Source: an uncultured delta proteobacterium
GTDB lineage: Bacteria > Myxococcota_A > UBA9160 > SZUA-336
Assembly: GCA_963704165.1 (NCBI GenBank)
Contig: CAVPHD010000001.1
Location: 352,001 to 416,000 of the forward strand
DNA: 64,000 nucleotides
Direction: 5' to 3'
Shown: piece by piece, positions 18,725 to 27,576 of the stretch
Numbering within the stretch: position 1 is the stretch's first letter
Layout: the number at the start of each line of letters is the position of its first letter
Position numbers and translations under genes: made by a program
Notes under the pieces: generated by a model
What the model was told of the DNA's origin: nothing
The model's database searches: none
Seen by the model: only the letters and a program-made list of their open reading frames with translations

Positions 18725-21313
18725 TTGGCGAGACCGCCGCGCAATCTGCCGCTCTGGCTGCGGCTGCTGCTTCGCAGGCTGCGCAGCCCCGAGGGAAGGC
18801 TCGCGCCGCTCGCGGTGGTATCTATCGCGATCAGCGTCACGCTCGCGACGGGACTCGAGATGAGCTCGCGCAGCGCACGGCGGCAGCTCGAGATCACGGC
18901 GGAGGCGATCACGGGGGCGGCGAAGATCGAGATCACCGCCGGCGAGGTCGGGTTGGCCGAGGAGATCCTCGAGATTGCACGCGCGACGCCGGGCGTGCGC
19001 GCGGCGTCACCACTCGTTTCCATCCGATTGCGACTGACGGATCGGGACTTCGCGCTGAACGTTCTGGGCGTCGATCTCCTCGCCGAAGAGCAGGTGCGGA
19101 GCACCGCCATCGAGCACGGCGGCCTGGAGATTCGCGATCCGCTTCGACTGCTCGCGACTCCGAACTCCGTGGTCGCGACCGAAGCCCTGCTCGAGCGACT
19201 CGGACTGGCCGAGTTGTATCACGCGGGCGCGAGCACCGAGCTGCACGTCCGGATCGCTGGCGAGGAACGATCTCTCGTCGTTCACGGGCTCTTGCGCCCG
19301 AGCGGAATCGCCGCCGCGTTCAGCGGTCAGGTCGCACTGATGGACGTGTACGCGGCGCAGCAACTCGGCGGACGCGTCGGGCTCTTCGATCGGATCGACG
19401 TCGTGCCGGAGCGTGAAGAAGAGGTTCCGGAGCTGGTCCGCGCGCTGGGCGCGAAGCTCGCGGGTGTGGCCACGGTGCAGCTGTCCTCGGGCCGCGGGAG
19501 CACCGCGGAGGATCTTCTGCAAATGGTGAGGAGATCCTCACTCCTGCTCGCCGGCGCCGCCGCGCTCGTCGCGTGTCTGCTCACGTATGCCACTACCGCC
19601 CAGTGGATCGAGCGCCAGAAGCGCCAGCTCGCGACGCTGCGCGCGGCGGGCATGGAGGCCCGACGCGTTCGGCGAATGGTCTTCGTCGAGGTCACCGCGC
19701 TCGCCGTCCTTGGAACCGCGCTCGGCATCGGCGGCGGAATCGCGGTCTCGCCTCCCCTGCTCGCAACGCTTTCGCGTTTCCTCCAAGTCGCAAAGGTCGA
19801 AGAACTCAGCGGCGTGACGGTGGAGGTACCGACACTCTGGCTCGCGGTCGCCGTCGGTCTTCTCGCCGGGATGGCCGGGGGCGTGCTTCCCGCGTATCGC
19901 GCGAGCCGCCGCTACACGCTCGACTCGCTCGACCTCGACGTCGCCTCGCGCGACGGGAGAGGGCTCGGTCCATGGCTCGGTGGCGCGGCACTCGTGGCAT
20001 TCGCGCTCGTCTTCGCGATGGACTCGGCACGGGAAGCGACCGGCGCGATGGTCCGCGTCGGGCTCCTGTTCCTGTTGGGAGCGGCGGCAATCCTCGCGCT
20101 CGCTCCCGTGATCCTTCGGGTGACGAGGACCTCCCTTCGTCCACTCGCGCGCGCGTGGCCGCCCGTCGGTCATCTGGCCACTCGCCTCTATCGACTCAGG
20201 CCATGGACGTTTGCGGTTGCGCTCACGGCGATCTCGACGCTCGTCGCGGCGCTGGTGACCGCGTTTCTGCTCATCGCCACGATCAGCAGCGCATTCGACC
20301 GCTGGGTCGAGGCGCAGTATCCGGGTGGGGCGATCCGGATTCTCGCGACCCCCGTCACCGCGCCGCGCACCGCCGACCTGCTTTCGGATCGGACGATGCA
20401 GAGGATCCGCACGACCCCGAGCGTGCGCGCCGTGAACGAGCAGTACCGATCCAACGCATCGGTCGTGTTCCGTGGAGAGACGGTCTTCCTGCACGCGGTA
20501 TCGGCCGGTGTCCTCGGTACCCACGGCCACATTCCGAGCGTGGGACGACCGTCTTCCGAGATTGCGCTCGACCTCGTTCGCGGCGCGATCGCGATCTCGC
20601 CGGGGTTCCAGAAGACCTTCGGCCTGGAGCCAGGCGATCTGGTCGAGCTCGACACTCGCAACGGAACGAGAGCGTTCACCGTGGCGGGTGTCTTCGAGGA
20701 CTTCGGGGATGCCAGGGGATCGATTCTGATCGATCTCTCGACCTTCGACGCGTGCTGGCAGCGCTCCGGCGCATCGTCAGCCGTGGTCTGGCTCGAAGGC
20801 CCCACCGAGACCGCGATCGCGGAGATCCGGGCGCAAGTGGGCTCCGAGCAGGACCTCTACTTCGTCGATGGTGACGAGACCGCGTCTGCGACTCGCCGCT
20901 TCTCCGAGGTCTTCACGTCGACGCTTCACGTATTGGGCGCGTTCATCGCGTCGCTCGGCGGAATCGGCGTGATGATCCTTCTCGCCGGAATCGTCGCCGA
21001 GCGACGTCGGGATCTCGCCGTGCTCCGCGCAGCCGGCGCCGAGCCGCGGCAGCTCGTCGTCCTCGTGCTGATCGATGCGTTGACGCTGGGGCTGCTCGGC
21101 TCTGCGTGCGGAGTCGCCCTCGGTATCGCGTGTGCAGCACCAGCCGCGGACATCCTGCGGGAGTCGTACGGCTGGATCCTCGAACAGCGGTGGATGGCAC
21201 CACAGATCCCGTTCGTCGTCGCCGGGGCCATCGCTGCCGCCGTCGCAGGCGGGATGCTCCCGGCGCGCATGGCCTACGGTGTGGGTGCAGGGGACGTCTT
21301 CGGTCCGGAGTGA
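18725..21313 (+). CDS. ABC transporter permease (tandem FtsX/MacB-like)
   Basis: Two periplasmic plus FtsX repeats (RQLATLRAAGM and RRRDLAVLRAAGA). Follows the ATPase gene directly. Confidence 0.9.
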   Translation: MARPPRNLPLWLRLLLRRLRSPEGRLAPLAVVSIAISVTLATGLEMSSRSARRQLEITAEAITGAAKIEITAGEVGLAEEILEIARATPGVRAASPLVSIRLRLTDRDFALNVLGVDLLAEEQVRSTAIEHGGLEIRDPLRLLATPNSVVATEALLERLGLAELYHAGASTELHVRIAGEERSLVVHGLLRPSGIAAAFSGQVALMDVYAAQQLGGRVGLFDRIDVVPEREEEVPELVRALGAKLAGVATVQLSSGRGSTAEDLLQMVRRSSLLLAGAAALVACLLTYATTAQWIERQKRQLATLRAAGMEARRVRRMVFVEVTALAVLGTALGIGGGIAVSPPLLATLSRFLQVAKVEELSGVTVEVPTLWLAVAVGLLAGMAGGVLPAYRASRRYTLDSLDLDVASRDGRGLGPWLGGAALVAFALVFAMDSAREATGAMVRVGLLFLLGAAAILALAPVILRVTRTSLRPLARAWPPVGHLATRLYRLRPWTFAVALTAISTLVAALVTAFLLIATISSAFDRWVEAQYPGGAIRILATPVTAPRTADLLSDRTMQRIRTTPSVRAVNEQYRSNASVVFRGETVFLHAVSAGVLGTHGHIPSVGRPSSEIALDLVRGAIAISPGFQKTFGLEPGDLVELDTRNGTRAFTVAGVFEDFGDARGSILIDLSTFDACWQRSGASSAVVWLEGPTETAIAEIRAQVGSEQDLYFVDGDETASATRRFSEVFTSTLHVLGAFIASLGGIGVMILLAGIVAERRRDLAVLRAAGAEPRQLVVLVLIDALTLGLLGSACGVALGIACAAPAADILRESYGWILEQRWMAPQIPFVVAGAIAAAVAGGMLPARMAYGVGAGDVFGPE

Positions 21314-21335
21314 GCGCGACGCCGCGGAGTCGGAG

Positions 21336-21428
21336 CTAGCTCCCGACCACCTCGTTGCAGCCGGATACGAACGCGAGGATCGCTCCGAGCACGAGCAGGA
21401 CTCGCACGCATGCGCGATTCGCCGCCAT
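21336..21428 (-). CDS. Possible 30-aa small lipoprotein
   Basis: MAANRACVRVLLVLGAILAFVSGCNEVVGS*: basic N-region, hydrophobic core, lipobox VSGC. Confidence 0.35.
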   Translation of the reverse strand: MAANRACVRVLLVLGAILAFVSGCNEVVGS

Positions 21429-21454
21429 GTTCTCGATCGTTGCCACGTGACCCG

Positions 21455-22822
21455 CTAGTCCTTCTGCACGAGATCTTCCAACCCGTACTTGTGTATGCGA
21501 TGACGGATCGTCCCGCGAGGCATCTCCAGCCGCCGCGACGCGCGAGAGACGTTCCCACCGGTTGCGCGCAGCGCATCGGCGAGTCGAAGCGCGTCTGCCC
21601 GTTCGCTCGCGTCGAGATCCGGCGGAGATGCCGCCGTTCGGAACTCCGACGGCCGCTCGGCATCGGCCGCGATCACGGCAGGATTCACGACGGGCGGTGC
21701 GAGCAATCCCTCGAGATCCTCCGCCTCCAAGGTGACGGTGCGTCCGCGCACCAGGATTCGCTCGATGACGTTGAAGAGCTCGCGAACGTTCCCCGGCCAA
21801 TGATGCGTTCGAAGCTGCGCGAAGAACGAATCGCCAATCGAGGGTGCCGGAACACCGATGCTCTCCGAGAGGCGATCGACCGCGGCGCGCGCCAGCGCGG
21901 GTAGGTCGCCAAGGCGCTCGCGCAGTGGCGGGACGATGATCCCGATCACGTTGAGGCGGAAGTACAGGTCGGGCCGGAACTTTCCTCGGGCGACGAGCTG
22001 CCCCAAATCGTGGCAGGTCGCAGCAATCACGCGCGCGGTCATCGGCAGCGCCTGAGTCCCGCCGACACGCTCGAAGACCCGATCCTCGAGTACGCGCAGG
22101 AGCTTCGATTGGAGCGGACCATCGAGATCTCCGATCTCGTCGAGAAAGATCGTGCCGGTTCCCGCCGCCTCGAAGCGGCCCCGACGCAGCCCGCCCGCGC
22201 CGGTGAACGAGTGCTTCTCGTGACCGAAGAGCTCGCTCTCGATCAGCGTCGGCGAAAGAGCCGCGCAGTCGACGTGAACGAACGGCTCCGCGCGCCGGGC
22301 GGACAGCTCGTGCACGAGTCGGGCGACGAGGCCCTTCCCGGTTCCGGTCTCACCCTGGAGCAGCACCTTCGAGTCCACGCGCGCCGCTTCGCGCAGCTCG
22401 CGCCGGAGTGTATGCATCGTCTCGCTCTCGCCGATGAGTGACGCCACTTCCGGCGAAGCCAAGGCCGAACGCGCGTGAACGGCGATGCGGGCGACGACAT
22501 CGAGCGTCGGCGCGGGCAGGTCGATGAACTCGGAGACTCCGAGCCTGGCGAGTCGAAACCCGAGCTCGCTCTTCATGTCCCGTCCGATCACCACGATCGG
22601 TACCCCGCGATTCGCCTTGGCAACCGCACGGACCCGCTCGTACGCGGCTTCCGGATCGACGCGAAGCCCGACGACGACGAGGGCGAGCTGCATGCTGTCG
22701 AGAACCGGAGCGGTCTCGGCGCGACTCTCGATCACCCCGATCGAGTTTCGCGCGCACCAACCACCGATGGCGGCCGAGTACTCCGTCTCGACGTCCAGAA
22801 GCAGAGCGACTCGCTTCGACAC
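21455..22822 (-). CDS. NtrC/Fis-family sigma-54-interaction regulator with degenerate receiver domain
   Basis: GETGTGK, ESELFGHEKHSFTGA, FLDEIG, DLYFRL, WPGNVREL and a C-terminal Fis HTH (GGNVSRASRRL). Confidence 0.9.
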   Translation of the reverse strand: MSKRVALLLDVETEYSAAIGGWCARNSIGVIESRAETAPVLDSMQLALVVVGLRVDPEAAYERVRAVAKANRGVPIVVIGRDMKSELGFRLARLGVSEFIDLPAPTLDVVARIAVHARSALASPEVASLIGESETMHTLRRELREAARVDSKVLLQGETGTGKGLVARLVHELSARRAEPFVHVDCAALSPTLIESELFGHEKHSFTGAGGLRRGRFEAAGTGTIFLDEIGDLDGPLQSKLLRVLEDRVFERVGGTQALPMTARVIAATCHDLGQLVARGKFRPDLYFRLNVIGIIVPPLRERLGDLPALARAAVDRLSESIGVPAPSIGDSFFAQLRTHHWPGNVRELFNVIERILVRGRTVTLEAEDLEGLLAPPVVNPAVIAADAERPSEFRTAASPPDLDASERADALRLADALRATGGNVSRASRRLEMPRGTIRHRIHKYGLEDLVQKD

Positions 22823-22961
22823 ACACCACTCCCGCCGGACCTTCGGTATGACAGCCGACTCGACGAGATCGTGTCAAGGATATTTCCGCTCGGTGTGAGA
22901 GGCCCTCGAACGCGCGCCTTCGACCTACAATCGACGCCCACCGCGACGGAGGACTGACGAA

Positions 22962-24140
22962 ATGCCCGGCCCCCTTCACGGCTACCGCGTCATCGACGTC
23001 ACGCAGATGATCTCGGGGCCGGTGGCGACGCGGATTCTCGGCGATCAGGGCGCGGACGTGATCAAGGTCGAGCCGGCGACGGGCGACCTGACGCGGGGGA
23101 TGGGCGGCGCGAAGCGCAGGCTCTCGCCGCTCTTCGCCACCACCAACCGAAGCAAGCGCGGGGTGGTGCTCGACCTGAAGACCGCGTCGGGCGTGAAGGT
23201 GCTGCACCGGCTCGTCGCGCGCGCGGACGTCTTCGTGCAGAACTTCCGGCCGGGCGCGGCGGAGCGGATGGGGATCGGCGAGGCGGCGCTGCGCGCGCAC
23301 AATCCGAAGCTCGTCTACGTCTCGATCAGCGGCTTCGGCGAATCGGGGCCGTACGCACACAAGCGTGTGTACGATCCGGTGATCCAGGCGCTCTCGGGGC
23401 TGGCGTCGATCCAGGGCGGCTCGAGCGGGCGGCCGCGCATGTTGCGCCTGATCGTGCCCGACAAGCTGACGGCGGTGACGGCCGCGCAGGCGATCACGGC
23501 GGCGCTGCTCGCGCGCGAACGCACCGGCGCGGGCCAGCACGTCCGGCTCGCCATGCTCGACGCGGTGGTCGCGTTCCACTGGCCCGAGGCGATGGTGCGC
23601 CACACCTTCGTCGGCGACGACATCGGCAGCACGCGCCCGCCCGAGACGCGCGACCTGGTCTTCGAAACCGCCGACGGCTACATGACCGCCGGCACCGTCG
23701 CGCTCCGCGAGTGGCAGGCGTTCTGCGCGGCGGTCGAGCGCCCCGACTGGCTCGACGACGAGCGCTTCCGCAGCACCGCGGGTCTGGTCAAACACGCGGA
23801 CGCGCGGCTCGAGCTGATGGCGAGCGTGCTCCGCACGCGCCCGACCGCCGAGTGGCTCGAGCGGCTCGACCGCGCGCAGGTGCCGTGCGCGCCGATCCTG
23901 GATCGCGACGAGCTTCTCGTGCACCCGCAGGTGATCGAGAACGCGCTCGTCGTCGAGAGCGACGACCCGAGCACCGGACCGATGCGCCAGGCGCGCCCGC
24001 CCGAACGCTTCGACCGCACGCCGTCGGCCATCCGGCGCCCCGCGCCGCTTCTCGGCGAGCACACCGACGAGGTGCTCGCGGAATACGGCTACGCGCGCGA
24101 AGAGATTGCGGCGCTTCGCGAAGAGGGCGCGCTCGGCTGA
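22962..24140 (+). CDS. CaiB/BaiF family III CoA-transferase
   Basis: GADVIKVEP, NRSKR, DVFVQNFRPG, SISGFG and APLLGEHTDEVL. Confidence 0.95.
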   Translation: MPGPLHGYRVIDVTQMISGPVATRILGDQGADVIKVEPATGDLTRGMGGAKRRLSPLFATTNRSKRGVVLDLKTASGVKVLHRLVARADVFVQNFRPGAAERMGIGEAALRAHNPKLVYVSISGFGESGPYAHKRVYDPVIQALSGLASIQGGSSGRPRMLRLIVPDKLTAVTAAQAITAALLARERTGAGQHVRLAMLDAVVAFHWPEAMVRHTFVGDDIGSTRPPETRDLVFETADGYMTAGTVALREWQAFCAAVERPDWLDDERFRSTAGLVKHADARLELMASVLRTRPTAEWLERLDRAQVPCAPILDRDELLVHPQVIENALVVESDDPSTGPMRQARPPERFDRTPSAIRRPAPLLGEHTDEVLAEYGYAREEIAALREEGALG

Positions 24141-24155
24141 GCGCGCGCGCGAACC

Positions 24156-24455
24156 TCAGCCGCCGTCCTTCGACAACCGTTCGCGGACCTCGGACTCGCA
24201 GAGGCCGACGATCTCGACGACTTTGCGCGCGGACGTCTGGCCCTTGATCACTCGCGCCGAGCCCGCGGGAAGGCCGAGCGTTTTCGCGAGCAGCTCCTCG
24301 ACGGCCGCGTTGGCCCTTCCACGCTCGGGGGGCGCGCTGACCCGGATCTTCACCGTGTCACCGAGCCATCCGGCGATGCCGCTACGCGAAGCGCCGGGAA
24401 CGACCTTGACGGACAATCGAGTGGTCGTCTCGGCACGCATGCTCGGAGCGGTCAC
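24156..24455 (-). CDS. DUF167/YggU family protein
   Basis: VKVVPGASR...APPERGRAN...GQTSARK. Confidence 0.88.
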   Translation of the reverse strand: MTAPSMRAETTTRLSVKVVPGASRSGIAGWLGDTVKIRVSAPPERGRANAAVEELLAKTLGLPAGSARVIKGQTSARKVVEIVGLCESEVRERLSKDGG

Positions 24456-24865
24456 TTCTGCGGGACGACGAAGATCTTCTTGCCCGAATAGGGGTTCCCT
24501 GCGCCGTAGGGGTTGTGGATGCTCGTCGGTGAGTACGGGCTTCCGTATCGGCCGTAGGGATTCGAGGTCGATTCGGGGTGGTACGGGTTCTGGCTCAGGC
24601 GGCCCAGGTAGTTTCCGTCGCCGTCATAGAGTTTGGGCGCGTCCGTCGCATACGGGTTCGTCCACGACTTGTTGCTGTACGGGCTTCCATACGGGCTGTA
24701 GGGGTTCATCAAGCCGTCGGCCTTGTACGGACTGCCCGCCCCGTAGGGATTGGAGATGCAGTCCACATCGTAGGGACAGGCCGCGCGCGCGGCCGATCCA
24801 CCGAAGGCGACGGCGGCGACGACGAGCAGGCCGATCGAGAGCGGGCTTCGAGCGGAACGCCTCAT
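24452..24865 (-). CDS. Secreted NPY/SPY-repeat hypothetical protein
   Basis: GGAGGAG RBS before the ATG at 24865, signal peptide, 7 NPY and 4 SPY tripeptides. Confidence 0.8.
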   Translation of the reverse strand: MRRSARSPLSIGLLVVAAVAFGGSAARAACPYDVDCISNPYGAGSPYKADGLMNPYSPYGSPYSNKSWTNPYATDAPKLYDGDGNYLGRLSQNPYHPESTSNPYGRYGSPYSPTSIHNPYGAGNPYSGKKIFVVPQK

Positions 24866-25000
24866 TCGAGCTCCTCCGGTGCTGCGCACGGCAGCTCACC
24901 CACCGTACACCAACCTGCGACGGGCCCCAACCCAGGCACAGCGCTCCCGCGGGCGCTCACGGCGCCTCGCGTGGGACCTGCCGCTCACCGACGGGGCTGA

Positions 25001-25198
25001 CTAACCTTCCCCGCCCAGGTCGCACAGGATTTCGGCCTCTTCGAAGGAGCCATCCTCGTCGCGCTGCAGGTGCAGGTGAGCGCGCGCGAAGGGCCGCTCC
25101 TTCTCGGGCACCAGCACCATCACGCGCACACCCTCTTCGAGCGGCGCGCCTTCGACGACCACCTTCCCCGAGACCACCATGCCTCGCAGGACGTGCAT
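25001..25198 (-). CDS. Small hypothetical protein, antitoxin-like beta-hairpin N-terminus
   Basis: MHVLRGMVVSGKVVVEGAPLEEGVRVMVLVPE with an acidic tail. Confidence 0.45.
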   Translation of the reverse strand: MHVLRGMVVSGKVVVEGAPLEEGVRVMVLVPEKERPFARAHLHLQRDEDGSFEEAEILCDLGGEG

Positions 25199-25266
25199 GA
25201 AAGCAGGATACGCCTGCGGGGGGCGAACCGGCGAGAGTATTATTCGGGCTCGAAATGGAGGGTCCG

Positions 25267-26520
25267 ATGGCCGCGACGCCCAGCCTCGAGGGCCTGACTC
25301 TCGAGAACCTCGACGTGATCTCGCCCGAGCACTACGAGAAGAACGGCTACCCGCACGCGGAGTGGACCTACCTGCGCAAGCACGCGCCGGTGCACTACTT
25401 CGACCGCGGGAACTACGAGCCGTTCTGGGCGATCACCAAGCACGCCGACATCGTCGAGATCGGCAAGAGCCCGGACGAGTTCATCATCGCGCCGCGCATC
25501 GCGGTCTTCGACCGGAGCTTGCCGGTCGACGCCGTGCGGCTTCGCCACCTGCTCTCGATGGACGGGCAGGAGCACCGCGACTACCGCGCCGTCACCGCCA
25601 AGCAGTTCACCCCGCGCATGACGCAGCAATGGGCCGAGAAGGTCGCGCGCATCACGCGCGAAGTGCTCGACCAGGCGGCGGAGCTCGGCGAGTGCGACTT
25701 CGTGCAGGACGTCTCGGCGCCGATCACGATCGCGGTGATCGCGCTGATGCTCGGCGTTCCGCAGTCGGACTGGCGGCTCCTGTTCCGCTGGACCAACGAG
25801 ACGATCGCGCCGGAAGATCCAGAGTTCCAAAGGGGCCGCACCACCGACGAGACACTCCAGTCCGCGCGCACCGAGCTCTTCCAGTACTTCAACGCGCTGA
25901 TGGAAGAGCGCCGCAAGCGGCCACAGGACGACATCATCTCGGTCGTCGTGCACGGAAAGGTGCAGGGAAAGCCGATCGGCGCGTTCGAGCTGCTCTCCTA
26001 CTACCTGTTGCTCGTCGTGGCGGGAAACGAAACCACGCGCAACGCCATGACCGGGGGCGTGCTCGCGTTCGACGAGCACCCCGACCAGTGGCGCGCGCTC
26101 GTCGCGAACCCGGCGCTGCTCGACCCCGCGGTCGAGGAGATCGTGCGCTGGGTGACGCCGGTGATCCAGTTCACGCGCGAGGCCACGCGCGACTACACGC
26201 TGCGCGGAACGAAGATCGCGAAGGGCCAGTCCGTCTGTCTGTTCTACGGCTCGGGCAATCGCGACGAGGAGATCTTCGCCGACCCGTTCGCCTTCCGGAT
26301 CGACCGCGCGCCGAACGACCACATCGGCTTCGGCCGCGGCGAGCACGTCTGCCTGGGCGCGCACCTGGCGCGACTCGAGCTGCGCACCGTCTTCGATCAG
26401 GTGCGCGAGCGCCTCGAATCGTTCGAGCGAACCGGCCCCGCGGAACGCGTGCGCTCCTCGTTCGTCGGCGGCATCAAGCGCGCGCCGATCCGCTGGAAGC
26501 TGCGGAAGGCGGCGGACTGA
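25267..26520 (+). CDS. Cytochrome P450
   Basis: I-helix AGNETT, ExxR motif (EIVR), heme motif FGRGEHVCLG. Confidence 0.96.
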   Translation: MAATPSLEGLTLENLDVISPEHYEKNGYPHAEWTYLRKHAPVHYFDRGNYEPFWAITKHADIVEIGKSPDEFIIAPRIAVFDRSLPVDAVRLRHLLSMDGQEHRDYRAVTAKQFTPRMTQQWAEKVARITREVLDQAAELGECDFVQDVSAPITIAVIALMLGVPQSDWRLLFRWTNETIAPEDPEFQRGRTTDETLQSARTELFQYFNALMEERRKRPQDDIISVVVHGKVQGKPIGAFELLSYYLLLVVAGNETTRNAMTGGVLAFDEHPDQWRALVANPALLDPAVEEIVRWVTPVIQFTREATRDYTLRGTKIAKGQSVCLFYGSGNRDEEIFADPFAFRIDRAPNDHIGFGRGEHVCLGAHLARLELRTVFDQVRERLESFERTGPAERVRSSFVGGIKRAPIRWKLRKAAD

Positions 26521-27496
26521 GCGGGCGCGCGCGCAGCATTCGCCCCTCGACCAGGCAGCGAGCGAGCTCCCGGTAGGTTTCGCGGATCTCGCCGCGCGCG
26601 AGAATCCTTCGCGCGAGCGGGCCCTCGCGCAGGATCACGTCGAGGCGGGCGCGCGACAAGAGGTGTTCGGCCGAGTCGCCGAGCGTCGCCTCGATCAGGT
26701 GAGTCCAGACCTCGCCCGCCTTCGGCGCGTCCGTCGTGCGGCCGGGAAATCCGAGCACGTCGAGCAGCCGCGGATCGGACACGACCGCGCGCTCACCGGA
26801 GCGGGCGACGTCGCGGAGCAGGTCCGCGAGCGGCGGCTCCGGAAGGCGACGCTGATCGGCGTAGGTCGAGAACTGCTCGTGGTAGAGCGCCTGCACCGCC
26901 GCGATCACCGCTTCGGCGATCGCGAGATCCGCCGCGGGGCACTCCGCGACGTCCTGAATGCGCAGCTCGACCGCGCGCCGGTCGCGGTGGGCGATCGGCT
27001 CGAGGTCGTCGCGCTCGATGCGCGTGTCGAGCCGGCCGGTCGGCTGGCCGGCCGCGATCGGTGAGCTCGCGGCGAGTGCGGGAACGAGCGGGAGCACGGC
27101 GCGGGCCGCGACCCGGAGTCGATCGAGCTCGGACGCGTCGCGGAACGGCAGGTCGAAGCGCGCGCCCTGCGCGTTCGGCGTCTCGGCGACCGACGCCATG
27201 AACGGGTGCATGCCGCCGGGCAGGAGCATCGCCGAGTGCGACTCGAGCCGGGCATCGATCTCGCGGACGGCGCGCTGGAAGTCGGCGGTCAGGGTCGAGC
27301 GCTCCTCGATCGATCGGCTCCCCGCAAGCACCAGCAGGTGCTTCGCGCTCGCGCTTCCGCAATTCACCGGACCGAGCTCGAGCCGCCCCGCCGCGCCGAG
27401 CACGAGATCCGCGATCGGCCGGACCTCGAGCGACTCGCGATCGACGATCGCGTAGTCGATCTCGACGCGCGCCCCCCCGAAGAGCTCGTCCGTCAC
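26474..27496 (-). CDS. Glutamate-cysteine ligase (GCS2/YbdK)-like protein, degenerate
   Basis: LLPGGMHPFM, LPLVPALAASSP and VELRIQDVAECPAADLA are retained. Metal-binding Glu positions look substituted and the central part looks shortened. Confidence 0.7.
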   Translation of the reverse strand: MTDELFGGARVEIDYAIVDRESLEVRPIADLVLGAAGRLELGPVNCGSASAKHLLVLAGSRSIEERSTLTADFQRAVREIDARLESHSAMLLPGGMHPFMASVAETPNAQGARFDLPFRDASELDRLRVAARAVLPLVPALAASSPIAAGQPTGRLDTRIERDDLEPIAHRDRRAVELRIQDVAECPAADLAIAEAVIAAVQALYHEQFSTYADQRRLPEPPLADLLRDVARSGERAVVSDPRLLDVLGFPGRTTDAPKAGEVWTHLIEATLGDSAEHLLSRARLDVILREGPLARRILARGEIRETYRELARCLVEGRMLRARPLSPPPSAASSGSARA

Positions 27497-27576
27497 CCGG
27501 GGACCCCGGCGCCGCGCGGTCCTTCGACTACCATAGGGCCGCACCTTAGCCGACAGGCGAAGTTGGACAACCGGTG

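Noticed and set aside
24944..24976. GC-rich imperfect hairpin in an intergenic gap
   Set aside because: I saw only one copy, with no U-tract and no recognisable RNA family. Such stems arise by chance at this GC content.
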